Shown here piece after piece: positions 13,342 through 27,577 of a DNA stretch of 64,000 nt (its first letter is position 1; each line of letters opens with the position of its first letter). Source of the DNA: Neodothiora populina (taxonomy: Eukaryota). Both the position numbers and the translations under genes were made by a program. Below the pieces are notes generated by a model. The model saw only the letters and a list, made by a program, of their open reading frames with translations, searched no databases and had not been told where the DNA came from. The stretch spans positions 1,798,001 through 1,862,000 of the forward strand of contig NW_027191417.1 of assembly GCF_041146345.1 (NCBI RefSeq), in the 5' to 3' direction.

Positions 13342-14313
13342 CTAAACAGAGGGCCAGCCACCGCTCCAGCTGATCTTGTTGATACCAAGCTTCTTGTCGC
13401 CGTCGAGGTAGCTGACGGTGGTGTCGACGTAGTGGTAGTAGAGCACCCAGCCGTTCTTGGGGTCGTTGTAGACACCTTGGCCTCCGGGGCCGTAGACGTG
13501 GTCGTGGGAAGCGAGGACCTCGGTGCCGCCGCCGTTGAGGCACGACACCTTGTTCTTGTCGACGAAGCCGCTGGTCGGACTCGTTGATCTGCACACCATG
13601 ATCTTGTACTCGTCGCCCTTGGCCGGGCGCGACGTGTCGTAGTTGCAGCATTGGCCCGACGAGAAGAAGAGGTAGTAGTAGTTGTCGCGGTACACCATGT
13701 AGGAGCCCTCGAGGGAGTGAGTACCAGAACCGTTGAAGGCGATGTTGGTTGCTCCTGAGCCGCTGGTGCCGGTGAGGGAGGACTTCATCGTCGTCTGGAA
13801 GATGTCGGTCCAGAAACTGCCGAATTGCATGTAGTACTTGCCGTCACTGCCGACGTAGAGGTTGGGGTCGATGGCGTTGTAGGGCTTGCCGGTCGTGGAT
13901 GAGATGCCTGCGCTGCCGTGGTCGGTCCAGCTGCCGACTTCCATGGTCTTGGATGTTGCGACTCCGATCACTGAGTTCTGAGTGCCGAAGGCTGACACGG
14001 CGTAGTACATGTAGTAAGTTCCGCCGACATAGGAGACATCCGGTGCCCACATGTCCTTTGCGCCAGAGTTGTCAATCTTGGAGCCGCCCGAGAGAGCCTC
14101 ACCCTGGTAGACCCATGGTCCAGTCAGGGACGAGGCCTTGTGGATGGCAATACCACCACCGGTGGCAAAGCGGAAGTACTCTCCATCTGAAGTACGACGG
14201 ATGAGAGCAGGGTCGTGGGTGTTGGTGCACACACCAGAGCAAGCCATGGGATTAGCATAGCCAGCGACCATCGAGGCCAGGGCCAGAGGGACGGCGAGAA
14301 GAGAGAAAAGCAT
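13342..14313 (-). CDS. abnA: Secreted endo-1,5-alpha-L-arabinanase, GH43
   Basis: Intronless 323 aa ORF with a signal peptide and motifs [29 protein letters not shown] and YGPGGQGV, typical of fungal arabinanase A. Confidence 0.93.
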   Translation of the reverse strand: MLFSLLAVPLALASMVAGYANPMACSGVCTNTHDPALIRRTSDGEYFRFATGGGIAIHKASSLTGPWVYQGEALSGGSKIDNSGAKDMWAPDVSYVGGTYYMYYAVSAFGTQNSVIGVATSKTMEVGSWTDHGSAGISSTTGKPYNAIDPNLYVGSDGKYYMQFGSFWTDIFQTTMKSSLTGTSGSGATNIAFNGSGTHSLEGSYMVYRDNYYYLFFSSGQCCNYDTSRPAKGDEYKIMVCRSTSPTSGFVDKNKVSCLNGGGTEVLASHDHVYGPGGQGVYNDPKNGWVLYYHYVDTTVSYLDGDKKLGINKISWSGGWPSV

Positions 14314-17048
14314 CTTGGTAGACTTCAGCTACTTCAAAGATGCTGAATGGACAAAGAGTAGAGCGGATGAGGATAGCAAGAGGAAGCGATCTGAGACAGC
14401 AGAATGAACCTACCTTTTATACAACAGAGCAGACACACCTCTATACATCTAGACAATCTCTTTGATGAAGTTATAGATGAAGTCTGAGTATTGCAATGTG
14501 CTCGCTTACAACGGACTACCCTAAAATGAAACTGCCTAGGTGCTGCTACCGTTCGCTCTGGAGGTGCCGCTGCAAGCACAACCTCCTGCGCGTTGGCCAT
14601 GGCTACTGGACTTCAGCCCTCACGAAGCAACCGCTCTAGACGACTATGTAGACTCGAACTCTAGGTGAAAGAAAACGGTGACAAATATTGTCTGTATCGA
14701 GAATGGAAGGAGGAAAGAAGATAATAGATCAAAGACACTCACCTCGTGCAGCGCCTCATGCAGCTGCTGGACGCTTGTCTCAAAGATCTTGCTTGCTCAA
14801 GGATGTAGCACACTTTGTTTCGTAGGGGGGATAGCCTATAGCAGAGATGTCTTAAGGACCCACCTCAAGTCCTCGGCGTTGTCTTGTCAGATTGAGGTGA
14901 AGCTCATCGACAGGCCGGCGAGCCGAGAAGGCCATAGTAACTCACGAGACAGCAGTGGTAGAAAATGCTTGCAGGTGGTGAGCGGCCCAGATGTGATGGG
15001 GCCATCGGGCATTCTGGTAGTGTGCAAGGAGGCCCCGCCACCAGTTTTGGATACATGGTGCGGCCCGCAGGTAATCGACTAGCGAAGGGTAGTCTGTACT
15101 GCTGAGGAGAGGACCTGACTTATTGAACTTTCGAAGCAGAGGCTAGTGGTTTCTAGGTTGGGGTCGAGAATGATATCCTTGCGAAGGTCCCAGCATCATG
15201 GCGGATCTGCGAGTCAGGGTCTGGTGTGCAGGACATCTGTGGGGTTTCAGATTGATCGTCTCGCACCTAGAGTAGTGTTTCTTCCATCCAATCCTCTGTC
15301 ACGCCAGACGCATATAGCGCCAACAAGCGTGACCCTCCGCGGTCTGCTCTGCTTCGAATCAGTGTCGTCTCAGATACAGCCTTCGGCCCCCTTGGCTTGA
15401 GCTAAGACTGCGACGGCATTAAGGAACGGCTGAGAGAGAGTGATGCAATAACCTTCAATATTTAATATCCATGTCTGCCCAGGCAGATGCCACGAAGTTG
15501 CTCAAGATGTTTAGTGTGTGCGAGGCCGCTGCACATGATCTCGCTCGGCAAGAAGCATTCGAACGGCTGTATTGATCAGAGGTACACGGATGAGTTGAGA
15601 TGTATGAGGGAGACTTCCCGTTCTAGACTGTAAAAGCATGGACGAAGCTCAAGCATAATTGCACTTCTTTAAGGTCTCTAGTGTTGAAGATTAATCGCTC
15701 GGCGGAGTTGCGGCCTAGGGACCGCACCAGTGAAGCTAGCTCTGATACAGTAAAGCTATCAGGGGAAATAACAACACTGACCGACCCACTGTCTGTGATG
15801 CTGTTCACATAACGGAGCGCGATAACGGCAGAGCATCCCGAGCGAGTCGGTTGAAAACATAACATGCGGCTGCCTCTTCAGGGAAGATTCACCAGCGCAG
15901 TGAGCGACAAAGCTCGCCCCGAGGACTGCGGCCTTTGTACGGGCATAGTGAAGGTCGGCTTTATTGTAAACCCCCGACCTGAGAATGTTTTCGCTTGAAG
16001 CTTATTCATCCACTTCACTTGTCTGATCCTACAACGCTCATGTTTTGTGTATCTGCTGATGTGCATGGCACATTTCGAGAAATAATAATCCCGCACTGCA
16101 GCTGATATATCATTGTTATACGTGCAGCAATAGATGGTGGGTCGTCCTCAATCTCTATTGCTGGGAAATGCGGCAAAGTAGCTTTAGGCAAGTACTGTAT
16201 AATAGATGACCCTCCACTCAACCTTGGACAATAGGCCGCCGGTACTTAAAGTGCAAGACAGGGTGGCTTGCGCATGTATTGATAGCCTTAACAAACAGCA
16301 TGGTCTGCACTATCAGAATCAAGTTCTGACAAACCGTCTACTTTATTCTTTAGTATGTGATTGCGACGGCTATACAGAATCCCTCTGCCGTCCTCGAATC
16401 GGGTAGCCTCCGACCTATGATACTTTCAGGTGGTTCTCAGCCATGGGTAGACAGGTGAACTGTCGTTTGTAACACTTCAGTTCGTTCTTAGGTTCCCTAG
16501 TAACTCGAGACCTCTTTACCGACGTGCCCAGGCTTAGCGTGATTGGGAGTTGAGAGGTGTCGGATCATTGGAAGGCAGTGATACGAGGCAGTCGTATATT
16601 CGCATTACTGCCTTTTCCAAGTATGTAAGGTTTGCTAATAGTAAGCTGATCTATATCTTTGTGGATAATGACAGTGTTGTTGACTGTTCAGGTACCTTAG
16701 CGTATACTGTCGGACCTTTCATCGGAGATAATTCGAACGGTACTACATAGGAATACATCTGGGATTGCATCCTTGCCAGTAAGCAAGTCTGGCGGATTTC
16801 AAATGTACGAGTCCAGTCCTATGTGTAATTCCCAATGGATGTTCAGAAAGTCGATAAGACCGAAGCCACCATCGTTTTGAAGATGGTCCAGATGCTTGAA
16901 GGATGCAAGCTCGAATCGTCATCAAGGCAGCAGCTTTTCCCGTGAAAACGTGGGCTAGCTGAATTGACTTTACGAGCGAAACTCAACAACTCGACGACAT
17001 TCATGGTGCGTCTGCAAACACAGAGATCAGGACATCATCAAGAAACAC

Positions 17049-18294
17049 ATGTCGTTGACTGCCACCATGTCGCATAAGTCTGAGATCAACGATCCAAATC
17101 CCGGCTTCGGTTGCGTGCCTCTCGTAGACAAGACCTGGACTGGACTTGCCTTGTTGCTAGTGCCATGGCAGCTGTCTGTGTTCACATTGCATAGACTTAG
17201 TAACATCGGCCATAATGAATACTCACTCAAGCGCGGCCTTGCTACCTGGCTAGCCCGAAGGTGAGACTTCTCTCAACCCCAGGGACGAATGCACTTGACC
17301 TGACATTGTCCCCAGTGTCCTGCCCCACTTTCCAATCACGGTATCAAGAGCTATGATTTCACCCAATATAGCCGGGGTCCTCGAGAAACCACGCTTTTGC
17401 GAGAACAAGGCCAATGTACACGATGAGTACGTTCGACAGGCGGACTTTTCAGCACAATGGCTCTTGAAGGGCCCGCCTGGTAAGGCGGTAGCCCCTGCCT
17501 CCTGTGACTTGGTCATCTACTACATGCACGGCGGCGCCTATCGTACCGGAGCTTGTGATGCGTCCCTCGTGTCGTTTCTTCGAATTGCAGAAATTCTCGC
17601 CACGAAGGGGATTTCTGTTGGAGTGCTGTCACTCAACTATTCGCTTACGCCCGAGGCGAAGTTTCCGAAGCCTATTGATCAGGCTGTAGCGGGTTACAAG
17701 TATCTGCTCCGCGAGGTTGGGGTCGATGCCTCGAGAATCGCCTTTCAAGGAGATTCTGCAGGCGGTCATCTTTCACTCTGTCTCCTCTCAATGCTGGCGT
17801 CTCACCGTCTGCCCAGTCCTGGTGCTGGAGTTATCCTTGTGTCTCCGTGGATAGATGTGCTCTGTTCATCAAGAAGTGGCTCATATGTTCGTAACAAGTA
17901 CAACGATTTTGTCGATGCGGACGACTTGGGAATGCAAGGGAGGGTCGTAGTTGGAGAGGCAGGAAGCTCCTCTTGGTATGCGGACTTCTCCCGTCCACTG
18001 ATCGATGGGCGTTCATGGAAAGATATAATCCAATGCAAAGTCTGGGTATGTGCCGGTAGTGGAGAAATCATGCTGGACGATATCGCCCGGTTCGTCGGCT
18101 TGATCAAATCTGAGAATATCGAAGCGGTACTGGACGTTAAAGATGGCGGCATGCACGTCTGGCAAGCTATACAGGATCGTTTCGTGGAGGATGCTTATCT
18201 GACAGCGCCTGGTCCTCAGTGTCCCGATGGCATCATGCTGGGTGCAGCAAACATCGCGCAAGGTGTACTATCGGTCTATCCGAAGCATAACTAG
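17049..18294 (+). CDS. Alpha/beta hydrolase, HSL family (Say1-like esterase/deacetylase)
   Basis: Intron 17261-17315 keeps the frame. HGGAY oxyanion motif, GDSAGG nucleophile elbow, SPW, GSGEIMLDD and a C-terminal His (GMHVW). Confidence 0.88.
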
Positions 18295-18551
18295 ACATTC
18301 ATATCTGAACGAAACTCAATTGAAAGATCGACTGTAGTAGTCGATCTATTGGACCATCCTCAAATATATGCTACCCGATTAGGGTCTGCCAAGACCAAGA
18401 ACTGCCGCAAAATACACCTAAAAACAGCCCAATCGCAGTGATTCCATCAAAAATTAAACCGACCATCAATTTAGTTCTTTTGGTTTTTCTATCATACAGT
18501 ACATTTCTATCTTATAAAAGAACACTTGCAGAGCAAGTTTTGGAAGACACC

Positions 18552-20069
18552 ATGTCGGACGCATCAAGCGAAGTCGAGGACAATGGTCTCTTTCACGAAC
18601 CAGAAGATTTTTATGAGCCTGAAAAACAGCCGACGTTCGAGTCTCACAAGTTATTGAGTGGACGAGAATTGAACTTACGCCTTGTAGGGCATAATCCACT
18701 ATGGGTAGGTCCTTTTATATTTTTATGTTTTTCTTTCCACATTCTTTGTGATTTTCTTGGTTTTTCGTCTTGCGTAGCGGACTTTGTGATTCAGAAAAAG
18801 GAGGAAGTTGTCCATTTTTGTGCTTTGATCGTAATGAACGTTTGTTTCCGCTATGATCACAATCGTCTCTTTCCTGGAGGGACAATGTTTTTACTGCACA
18901 ATCTTCTTTGGTGAAGTCCATGCCTGGCTGCTATGGCAGGAGAATCTATTTCACTAGATGTGTTTCGCTCTCAAGACAATCTACCATTTCTTTCTTGCCA
19001 TCGTGGCGTTGTTTTATTCCCAAACGCCATATCACACCCCCAAGCTCGCACAAGAAAGAACAATATCCAAGACCATTTCAATTTTCCTTTTGCCCTTCGC
19101 CACCAAAACCAATCATTTCTCCACCCCTTGACTTTCCATATCAAAGCCATCCATGCAAACCAAAGACAAAAAAACAGGGCCACCACCTCTGGAACGCCGG
19201 CCGGGTATTCGCAAACTACCTAGAATCGCACCCCTCGACCATCGCCTCGAAAACAGTGCTCGAACTCGGCGCCGGCGCCGGCCTTCCGTCCCTCATGTCT
19301 GCCATCTTGGGCGCCGAATACGTGCTGGTGACGGATTACCCGGACGCGGACCTAATTGAGAATCTGGAGTTTAATATTGAGGAGAACTGTAAGGGGGTGG
19401 CTGATGAGTCGACGAGGACGACGTCAGCAGTGGCGGGAAGGGAGGTATCGAGGATCGAGGCGCGAGGATATCTGTGGGGCGCGAACGTCGAGCCTTTACT
19501 TTCTATGCTACCTTCAAACAAAACATCCTTCACTACAACGACGACGACAACCACCGAGTCAGAAACCCCCCAGAGAAAATTCGACATCCTGATCCTAGCC
19601 GACCTGTTGTTCAACCACTCCGAGCACACGCGTCTGCTACAAACCGTCCAGCAGACGCTGACTCGGTCTGAAGACGCCAGAGCACTCGTCTTCTTCACGC
19701 CGTACAGGCCGTGGCTACTGGAGAAAGACCTTTCGTTCTTCGAGCTGGCCGCTTCTAGCGGCGCGGCTGAGAATGGCGATAGTAGTGTTGACAAGGGCGA
19801 GGAGAAAGATGAAGGAAATGCGTTCGTGGTGGAGAAGATCTTCGAGAAGGTCATGGATAAAGTCATGTTTGAGGAGGACCGTGGCGTGAGTTCTCTTTTT
19901 TCTCTTCCTTCCCCTATTCCTCCCTCTACTTGTCTCCCATCGTCTTGTTCCTATGCTATCGACCCCCTTCTTCTCCGCTTCTCACATTGCATCAAGACTA
20001 ATGTAAAAACAGGACGAACTACTCCGACGAACAGTATACGGCTACGAATTGAGGTGGAAGCACGTCTAG
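18552..20069 (+). CDS. EFM7: Protein N-terminal/lysine methyltransferase Efm7 (Nnt1)
   Basis: Exons 18552-18704, 19178-19885, 20013-20069. LRLVGHNPLW|GHHLWNAG, VLELGAGAGLPS, TDYPD, ADLLFNHSEH, FFTPYRPWL, MFEEDRG|DELLRRTVYGY. Confidence 0.93.
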
Positions 20070-20327
20070 ACCTTGTCCTTGAGAGTGATGAGCACTGATT
20101 GATGGATGGATATTTATTGGGTTGTCCTTGTAGGAAAAAGATGAGTTAGACCCCGAGTCGAAGCCTATATAGACTGATGATGGATGAAAGGGGGGAATGC
20201 TGCTAGGAGATAGCAGATGATAGCATGGGAATAAGACAAGAAACCAGCTCAAACAAACAACAGCCCCTCTTCCCCAAAGCAGAAAAAAATAAGAAAAATA
20301 AGAAAAAATGGGGGCAGACGCCAAGGT

Positions 20328-22767
20328 CTACACCTCCCTGACCCACCCAGCAGGAACAACGCCCCTAGTCTTATCCCCCTGCCTCTCGACCTCGCACCAC
20401 CCGTCCCCAGCATCCGGCGCGATCAACACCAGTTTCTCGCCTTCGTCCATGCTCGCTTCGCCCTCGCCCGCGGCCGCATACGTGTACAGCGCTTCTACAT
20501 ACTTGATCTTCTTGGCGCCGCGCTTGGGCGCTACTGCTGGGCCTTTCTTCTTTCCGCCGGAGTTCATGCTGCCTGTTAGAGACACGGTCGAGGCGCTGGC
20601 TGTTGATTGGGGCCGGATGGCGAGGTCTGAGTGGTTGTTGTTGTTGTTGTTGTTGCTGTTGTGGGAGGGGTCGTCGCCGAAAGGCGAGGGAGAGGTGGAT
20701 TGCGCGGGGAGGACTTCCATGTAGGATGATGGCACTAGGCCTTCGCCTGCCGTCGATGAACGGACTTTGGCCCAGCCGCTTCCGTCTGTGGTTTTGCGCG
20801 TTAGATGAGTGCTGTGGGGACGGGGAGAAGAAACGAAAAGCGCTTACCGTCTGGTTCGACTATGGTTACTATGTCCCCTTCGTTGATGCTCAGCTCTCCT
20901 TCTCCGCTGCCGGCAAACGAGTAAACCATTCTCCCTCTGGCTTCTCCTGACGATGAATGAGAAGAGCCGTTGGCATACTCTTCCGGAGGAGGAGCAAGCA
21001 CGCGGTTCCTCTTGACCGTGTCTGATCTCCCTGGCGTCGAGGCTGTGGTGGGTATTGTCGCTCCCGAGACACTTCGTTGAGCACTGTGGGCGTAACCCGA
21101 GCTCAGAGTGCTCATGCTGCCCATCGTGTCACTTCTATCGAGTCGGGGCAGATCGTTGACGGAATCGGTAGAGCCAGTGGCATTGGAAGTAGCGACAGTC
21201 GAAGGTGCAGCTTGGGCGGCGGCTTGGCGCGTGGCCTTGAGCTTCTTCCTGCCCTCCTTGTCCGTCCCGCCAGGACAGTCGGCCGGCACCTTCATCTGGC
21301 ATTTGTTGTGACAGGTAAAGCCACAATCCGTGCACTCGAAGCCCTTTGCCGACAGGCCCCAGATGCGCTCTCCGCACAAGTCGCAACTGGTGGGGATCTT
21401 GAAGGTCTGCGACTTGAAGGCGTGGTTCTGGGCACCTATGCTGAGGTCTCCCACGACGGAAGCTATAGTGCTGACTTCGACCTCGGCGGTGATCTTTTTC
21501 CGCTCTGCCTCGTGCATTATTTCTTGCAGATTAAACTGAGCCCTGACAACCTCGACTTCGTCACGCTTGTCCTTGCCTTCCCGAATTGCCTGTCGCACAC
21601 GTTTCGCTCCTTCCACTTCCCGTCGCTTGGCCTCGACTTCCTGCCTCAGATGATTGAGATCGGATTTGCTCTTGAGAATAATGTTGCGCAGGAAAGTCTT
21701 GCTCGATTCATCGACGGCCATGGTGTCGTCGTCGAGCCAGACGGGAGAGGGCTCAAACTGGAAATCGGGCGGGTCCTGCCAGTCGGAGGCATTGTGGCGC
21801 ACAAACATCATCGAGTCGAGCACGGGATTGTTGCGAGGGATCTCGGAAGACAAGTGGTTCAGCAGGTCGGTCGACTGAGTCAGGGTCTGGGTCTCGAGGC
21901 TCGCCGCAGTCAGCCAAAAGGAGTTGAGCTTGGCAACACGAGTCTCGGACAGACTCTGCAGAGAATCGAGTAGGTCCGGGACGTATTCGTGATAGTAACG
22001 CTCTTTCTGCTTGTTGGTGACGTTGATGGCGATGAGGTAGGTGTTTTTGATGTTGCGCATGTCGGACAGCTGCTGCTGGTACGAAGCCTGGGCCTTGTTC
22101 TTGCCGTGGTCGAAACTGCTCTCGATCTTCTTGCGCTTGTTCTCGACCTCCTGGCAGACGCCGTCGTACTTGGCCTTTGTCTTCTTGAGGTCGTTGTAGG
22201 AGCCATCTCTCTCTTTTTCCAACTTGGTGTTGTAGTCGGCGTGGTGCTTGCGCAGGTCTTCGTAGCGGTTGGCGAGGTTCTTGATGGGGTCGGCCAGACT
22301 CTGGACAAGCTGGGCGGCGAATCGATCATGCTGCTCGGCGCGGTTCTCGAGCGTGGTGAGCTGGACTGTCCAGGTGGTCATGGATGCGCTCTCGAGGGAG
22401 CCCGGGGTGACGGTGGGAGTGTCGCCGACGCTGAGGGTGCTCGACTTGCGGATCTTCTTCTCAAAGTACTTTTTGGCCAGAGCGGAGAGCTTCTGGCTGT
22501 ATTCCTTTTCGATTGCGCTGCGTTCGCGGTAGAAGGACTGCATGTCGTCGAGCCATGCTATGCCATTGGACACCTGGCAGGAGTCAGTGAAGTGCTCATT
22601 GGGGGAAAAAGTGAGAGAAACTACCCAGCTGTTGACGGGCTTGAAGCCATCCTGTATGAACAGAAGAAGGTCAGAGACATGCAGAAGACCGCCTACGATT
22701 GTATTATGGATATATATCAAACCTTCAATTCAGCGCCAAACTGCGGCACAATGTCCATCTCCGCCAT
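20328..22767 (-). CDS. BZZ1: Bzz1 actin/endocytosis adaptor (F-BAR, C1, two SH3 domains)
   Basis: Exons 22767-22723, 22651-22625, 22573-20848, 20785-20328. FYRERSAIEKEYS (FCH), HAFKSQTFKIPTSCDLC..CTDC..HNKC (C1) and two SH3 domains. Confidence 0.95.
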
Positions 22768-22996
22768 GACACAATCGCTCGTCCTCTATCGGGGATACCT
22801 ATCTGATATCATGCATGAAACAAGAGACGGGGTACGATTGGTGAATCACAGAGAGTACAGAAGAGTGGAGTGGAGCAGAGTCTATGTACACTCTCAGGAG
22901 GCGTATGTTATGGTGTTATTGACAGACACACTTCTGGTCTATATCCAGTCCAGCCAACGACCAACACCGACTCGGGGATTCCAAGGCGGAGTGGGG

Positions 22997-23067
22997 CAGA
23001 CACAGAGACACAGAGACACACAGAGACACACAGAGACACACAGAGAGACAGAGAGACAGAGAGAGAG
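22997..23067. repeat. Compound (CA/GA) minisatellite with GACACAGA-like units, in the divergent BZZ1-DBP5 intergenic region
   Basis: cagacacagagacacagagacacacagagacacacagagacacacagagagacagagagacagagagag seen directly. Confidence 0.9.
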
Positions 23068-23704
23068 CCCTATAAGGAATCATTACACCATCTCGCGTTG
23101 CTTTGCGGCCCGACTTGACTGTGAATGGTCTAGTCTTCCCTTGGACTTCCGGGGGAGTCTTGTACGGATACCTGACCTAATTACTTTGAATTGCACTCTA
23201 TCGTAGCCACTGTACCTTGATCATGATCTTGAAGCTGCCGAAACCAGTCACTGCCAACAACAGCTGAAACAGAAAAGGGAGAAGAAGCTGTGAGCACCGG
23301 CGAGACCCCTCTTTTGCCGTCCATCTTGGTTGATCAATTGCTGCTGCTGGTTCCAGTTGTTGTTTAATGCGAAGCGAGATAGCTCCCTCTGTAGGTGTAC
23401 AAGCAATTATCTGCCCCTCCATCTACCAAAGGTAACCTTAGCTACAGCAGGTGTTCGTACCCTAACCCACTTTATTATTACTTTGTACACAAAACCTTTG
23501 TATCTTCTATACTCGCCTTCCATCTCTCTGTCTCATTCATCAACCCACGCCCGCCCTGCGCGCATTACTCTGCATCTGACCGCTGAGACAAAATCTCACG
23601 CTCCTCACAAACACAATCAGAGTCGGCCAACCACTGCGCTGTGCACTATCTGCACACGATTGCATACGACTGCACAATTCTCTACATCCACACATACCTC
23701 ACCA

Positions 23705-25337
23705 ATGTCTGAGCAGCGAGCGACAGACGCTGCTCCGGCTGCGGCGGCGGCAGCGGCAGCGCCTCCGCTGGGTGACCGCATGGCCTTTCCCGGTAGTCAG
23801 TGTCTTTCTGTCTCACCCTGCCTTCTCTTTCTCTCAATGTCGCTGACTCACCCTCGACCTTGCAGCTAGCAACCTGACCTCGGACAAAGTCACCGACTGG
23901 GCAGAAGAGAGCATGGAGGGACAGGCAGATGGCGCATCAGAGTTCCAGCTGGGCAGCACCGGACTCCTCGAGCCAGAGTTCGACGTCAATGTCAAGCTCA
24001 CCGACCTTCAGGCCAACCCCGACGACCCTCTGTACTCCATCAAGGACTTTAGCGATCTGAATCTCTCCGACGACCTGCAAAAGGGCATCGCCACTCTCTC
24101 CTTCCACAAGCCCTCCAAGATCCAAGAGCGCGCTCTGCCCCTGCTGCTCAAGGACCCTCCCACCAACCTCATCGGTCAATCGCAATCCGGTACCGGCAAG
24201 ACGGCCGCCTTTGTCCTGAATATCCTCTCTCGCGTCGACCTCACTCTCCGCTCGCCCCAGGCCATCGTCCTGGCCCCCTCGCGTGAGCTGGCCAGACAGA
24301 TCTGCGGCGTCGTGCAAATCATGGGTCAGCACATGCAGGGTCTCGAGACCTACCAGGCTGTGCCTGACCCCAGCATGCGCGGCAAGGAGGTTCACGGTCA
24401 CGTCATTGTCGGCACTCCTGGCACCGTCATGGACCTGATCGGACGGAAACAACTCAAGGCTCAGGCCATCAAGATCCTCGTCCTCGACGAGGCCGACAAC
24501 ATGCTCGACCAGCAGGGTCTGGGCAATCAGTGCAAGCGTGTCAAGGGCCTGCTTCCGAGGAACATCCAGACCGTCCTCTTCTCTGCCACTTTCCCCCAGC
24601 AGGTCCTGGCCTTCGCCGAGCTCTTCGCCCCCAATGCCAATCGCATCACTTTGCAGCAGACCGAACTCACCGTCAAAGGTATCAAGCAGATGTATCTCGA
24701 TGTCAGCCAAGACTCGGACAAGTACGATGCTCTGATCAAGTTCTACGGATTGATGACCATTGCCTCGTCCATTATTTTCGTCAAGGTATTTTTGTTTTCC
24801 GTCACATGTCACAGGAAGAGAAAAAAAGCTAATGTTTCGGTATAGCGTCGTGATACCGCCGCCGAACTACAGCAACGCATGACGAGTGAAGGTCATCATG
24901 TGGTCACACTTACCGGCGGCCTCGAGGGAGTCGAACGTGATAGAGTCATCGACAGCTTCCGCGAGGGCAAGGCAAAGGTCTTGATCACCACAAACGTCCT
25001 CGCCCGAGGTATCGACGTGCAGTCCGTCACCATGGTCATCAACTACGACATCCCCGACCGACCTGACCCCTCGGGTGGTCGCCGCCCTCTTCCAGACGCC
25101 GAAACCTTCCTCCATCGCGTCGGTCGTACCGGTCGTTTCGGCAAAGTCGGTGTCGCCCTGACCCTCGTACACGACCAGCAGAGCTGGTCCATGTTCAAGT
25201 CCATCTGCGAAGAACTGCACATCAACCCCACCAAACTCGACACGGAAGACTGGGACGAGGTCGAGCGCGTGGTCAAGTCCATCATCAAGAGCTCGAGGAA
25301 TTCCAAATCTACCACCGAGGTTGGCATGGAGGGCTAG
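23705..25337 (+). CDS. DBP5: DEAD-box RNA helicase Dbp5 (mRNA export)
   Basis: Exons 23705-23792, 23866-24785, 24846-25337. [63 protein letters not shown]. Confidence 0.97.
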
Positions 25338-26591
25338 GAGCCTGATCGTGGCTACGTCACTAGCATGACTGATGCGTTTTAATGACGGAACGGTGGAGCA
25401 TGACTCGATACATCGCAATGGGACAGCAATAGCAGCGCCTTCGATCCGCCCATCTGGTCTTCGGGCCATGTGGTAGTCGCTATGTTGCCGACGAACACTC
25501 ACCGCCTTGAGGGATAGCGGGAGACTAACAGATGCATCTATCGTCTACGTAGCTCATCGCGGGCAACACATTTCGAAAGGGCGACCGCGCGCGCCGGGCC
25601 GCTTCTTTATCTGAAAAGATTATGAGATTGGTGGTCTTCTGCTAGATTCAACAAGCTCAGAAAAGCATAATAAGACACAACTAATGTGCAGAGTATTTCC
25701 TGATTCGCGAGAGTTCCAGTCGGTTTCTTATCTTTTCGTATCGTAGTGGGATGGATGTTCGTAGTGGGGGAGGGGGAGCTTGTCGGGCTTATCACTGTAC
25801 TTTTTATGCATGTGCATCTTCAGACTTCCCTCCTCCGACAGCTGCTCTGAAAACGCGGGGATCTGCTGTTCGTAGATCAGCGACATCCGCTCGCGTATCC
25901 GCTTCTTTGCTGAAACCTATACGCGTACCGTGGACGACCAAAACTAGTTGCAGTGTTCGCACTCGAATCTTTGTTCAGTGTTCTCTCTCTGCGCTCAATT
26001 GAAAATCACCTCCTCCCGTTCAACATATGAATACAGAATTGGACTTGGGACTTATATACTGACAACTTCGAAGCTTGCTGCTCGGCGAAGCTGATTCTCT
26101 GGTCGATATATATCTGTGCCGAGTGTAGATGGGACTGACTACATACTCGATCTGGCATTAGTAATAACAGGGAAGCAGTTGGCTTGCCTTGGGATGCCGA
26201 AACGTGGAAACAACGTGCTATACATTGTTCAATTGCCAACGATCTGATTTGGCTGTGCTGTGCATCTACGCAAAAGATCTGGAATCTAAAGCGAGCACTC
26301 TACCTCACTTTATTATATGAGCGAGCAGCCACCACATTCGAGCCCAGGAAGCATAAACTCGATCACGCAATCTCACACCACCACGGCTTTGCATTGTGAT
26401 CCTTGGTACACGCAAGACGACATCGCCCAGTCTGGGCAAATCCCCCAATTTTCATCACGCAGCAGCAGCGAAACCTAGTTCGAATCTGTTTCACCTTGTT
26501 CAGCTAGGCGAGCACGAGGGCACCAGTTCCATGTTCGGTCTGTCCTGCATGCCTTACCCGCACGTGCTTCTTTATATTCTGATCCAACGTC

Positions 26592-27545
26592 ATGCCTCTA
26601 CCATGCACTCCCGTCTCCATGTCTGAGCGAGAAGACACAACGTCTCAGTCCCAGTCCGCAACGGAGGCTTCAGAGTCAGAAGATGCTCAGGAAGGCGATC
26701 TCATTACTCCCACACCGGGTCCATCTGATCCCGTAAAACGTACCTCTGCCGAGTTGTCGACGCCCTTGCCTGCTTTGGTCGAGGCATCGTGGTCGAAATC
26801 AGCGGCCAAGGACAGTAGTGATCGACCTGGGAAAAGGGAGTTTCACTATCCGACTACCAGTGAGGACGACGGGGAGGAGCCAATATTTCCTCCTAAATTA
26901 CCCCCTGGCTATAGGCCTCCTCAGAGGCTGCAATCTTCGGATTCTTTGCGGGCCTCGGAGCCGGGCAAAGAACACTCCAACGGCCGTTCTGTAACAGACA
27001 CGGCACAAGACGCAAATATAGCTGCTGCGACTCTGCCGACTGGCCAGGAAGAGCAACCTGTCTATACCAAAAGCCAGACCTCTCACTCCGGAGGGAGCAG
27101 TGACGGAAGTGGCAGCAGACGCCGCCCACGAGTAAAGAGAAACACTTCGTCTGTGCAGACTCAAGTGCGACGGAAAAGTCCTCTACTACGTGACGATTCG
27201 AGCCCTGGACTCAGCCCACGACATAGCCCGAGACAGCGGCCCATCAACCCATTGGATCGGATATCGTCCTCTCCTGCGCCAGCTTTTGTATCAAGCACAT
27301 CAAGTTCGTCACCTTATGCTGTTCCAGAGAGAACCAGGAGCGTAACTTTTTCGCCTGCCCATTCTTTGCGTCCTTCTCCTGAGACAGGTGTAGGGGTCTA
27401 TAGCGCGTATACAATGTCACGTAAACAACGTGACAGCCCGGCAATCAGCCCACACGGGTCATCACGCAAAGACCTCTTGAAAGACTCAGACCATCAGGAC
27501 GTCGAGAGCAGCGCGGATGAGAACACTGCCATCTTCTCACGAGTC

Positions 27546-27577
<32 letters not shown>

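Noticed and set aside
14400..17000. Possible pseudogene or transposon relic in the long abnA-esterase intergenic region
   Set aside because: No recognisable protein motif in the ORFs or frames I read, and no terminal repeats seen.
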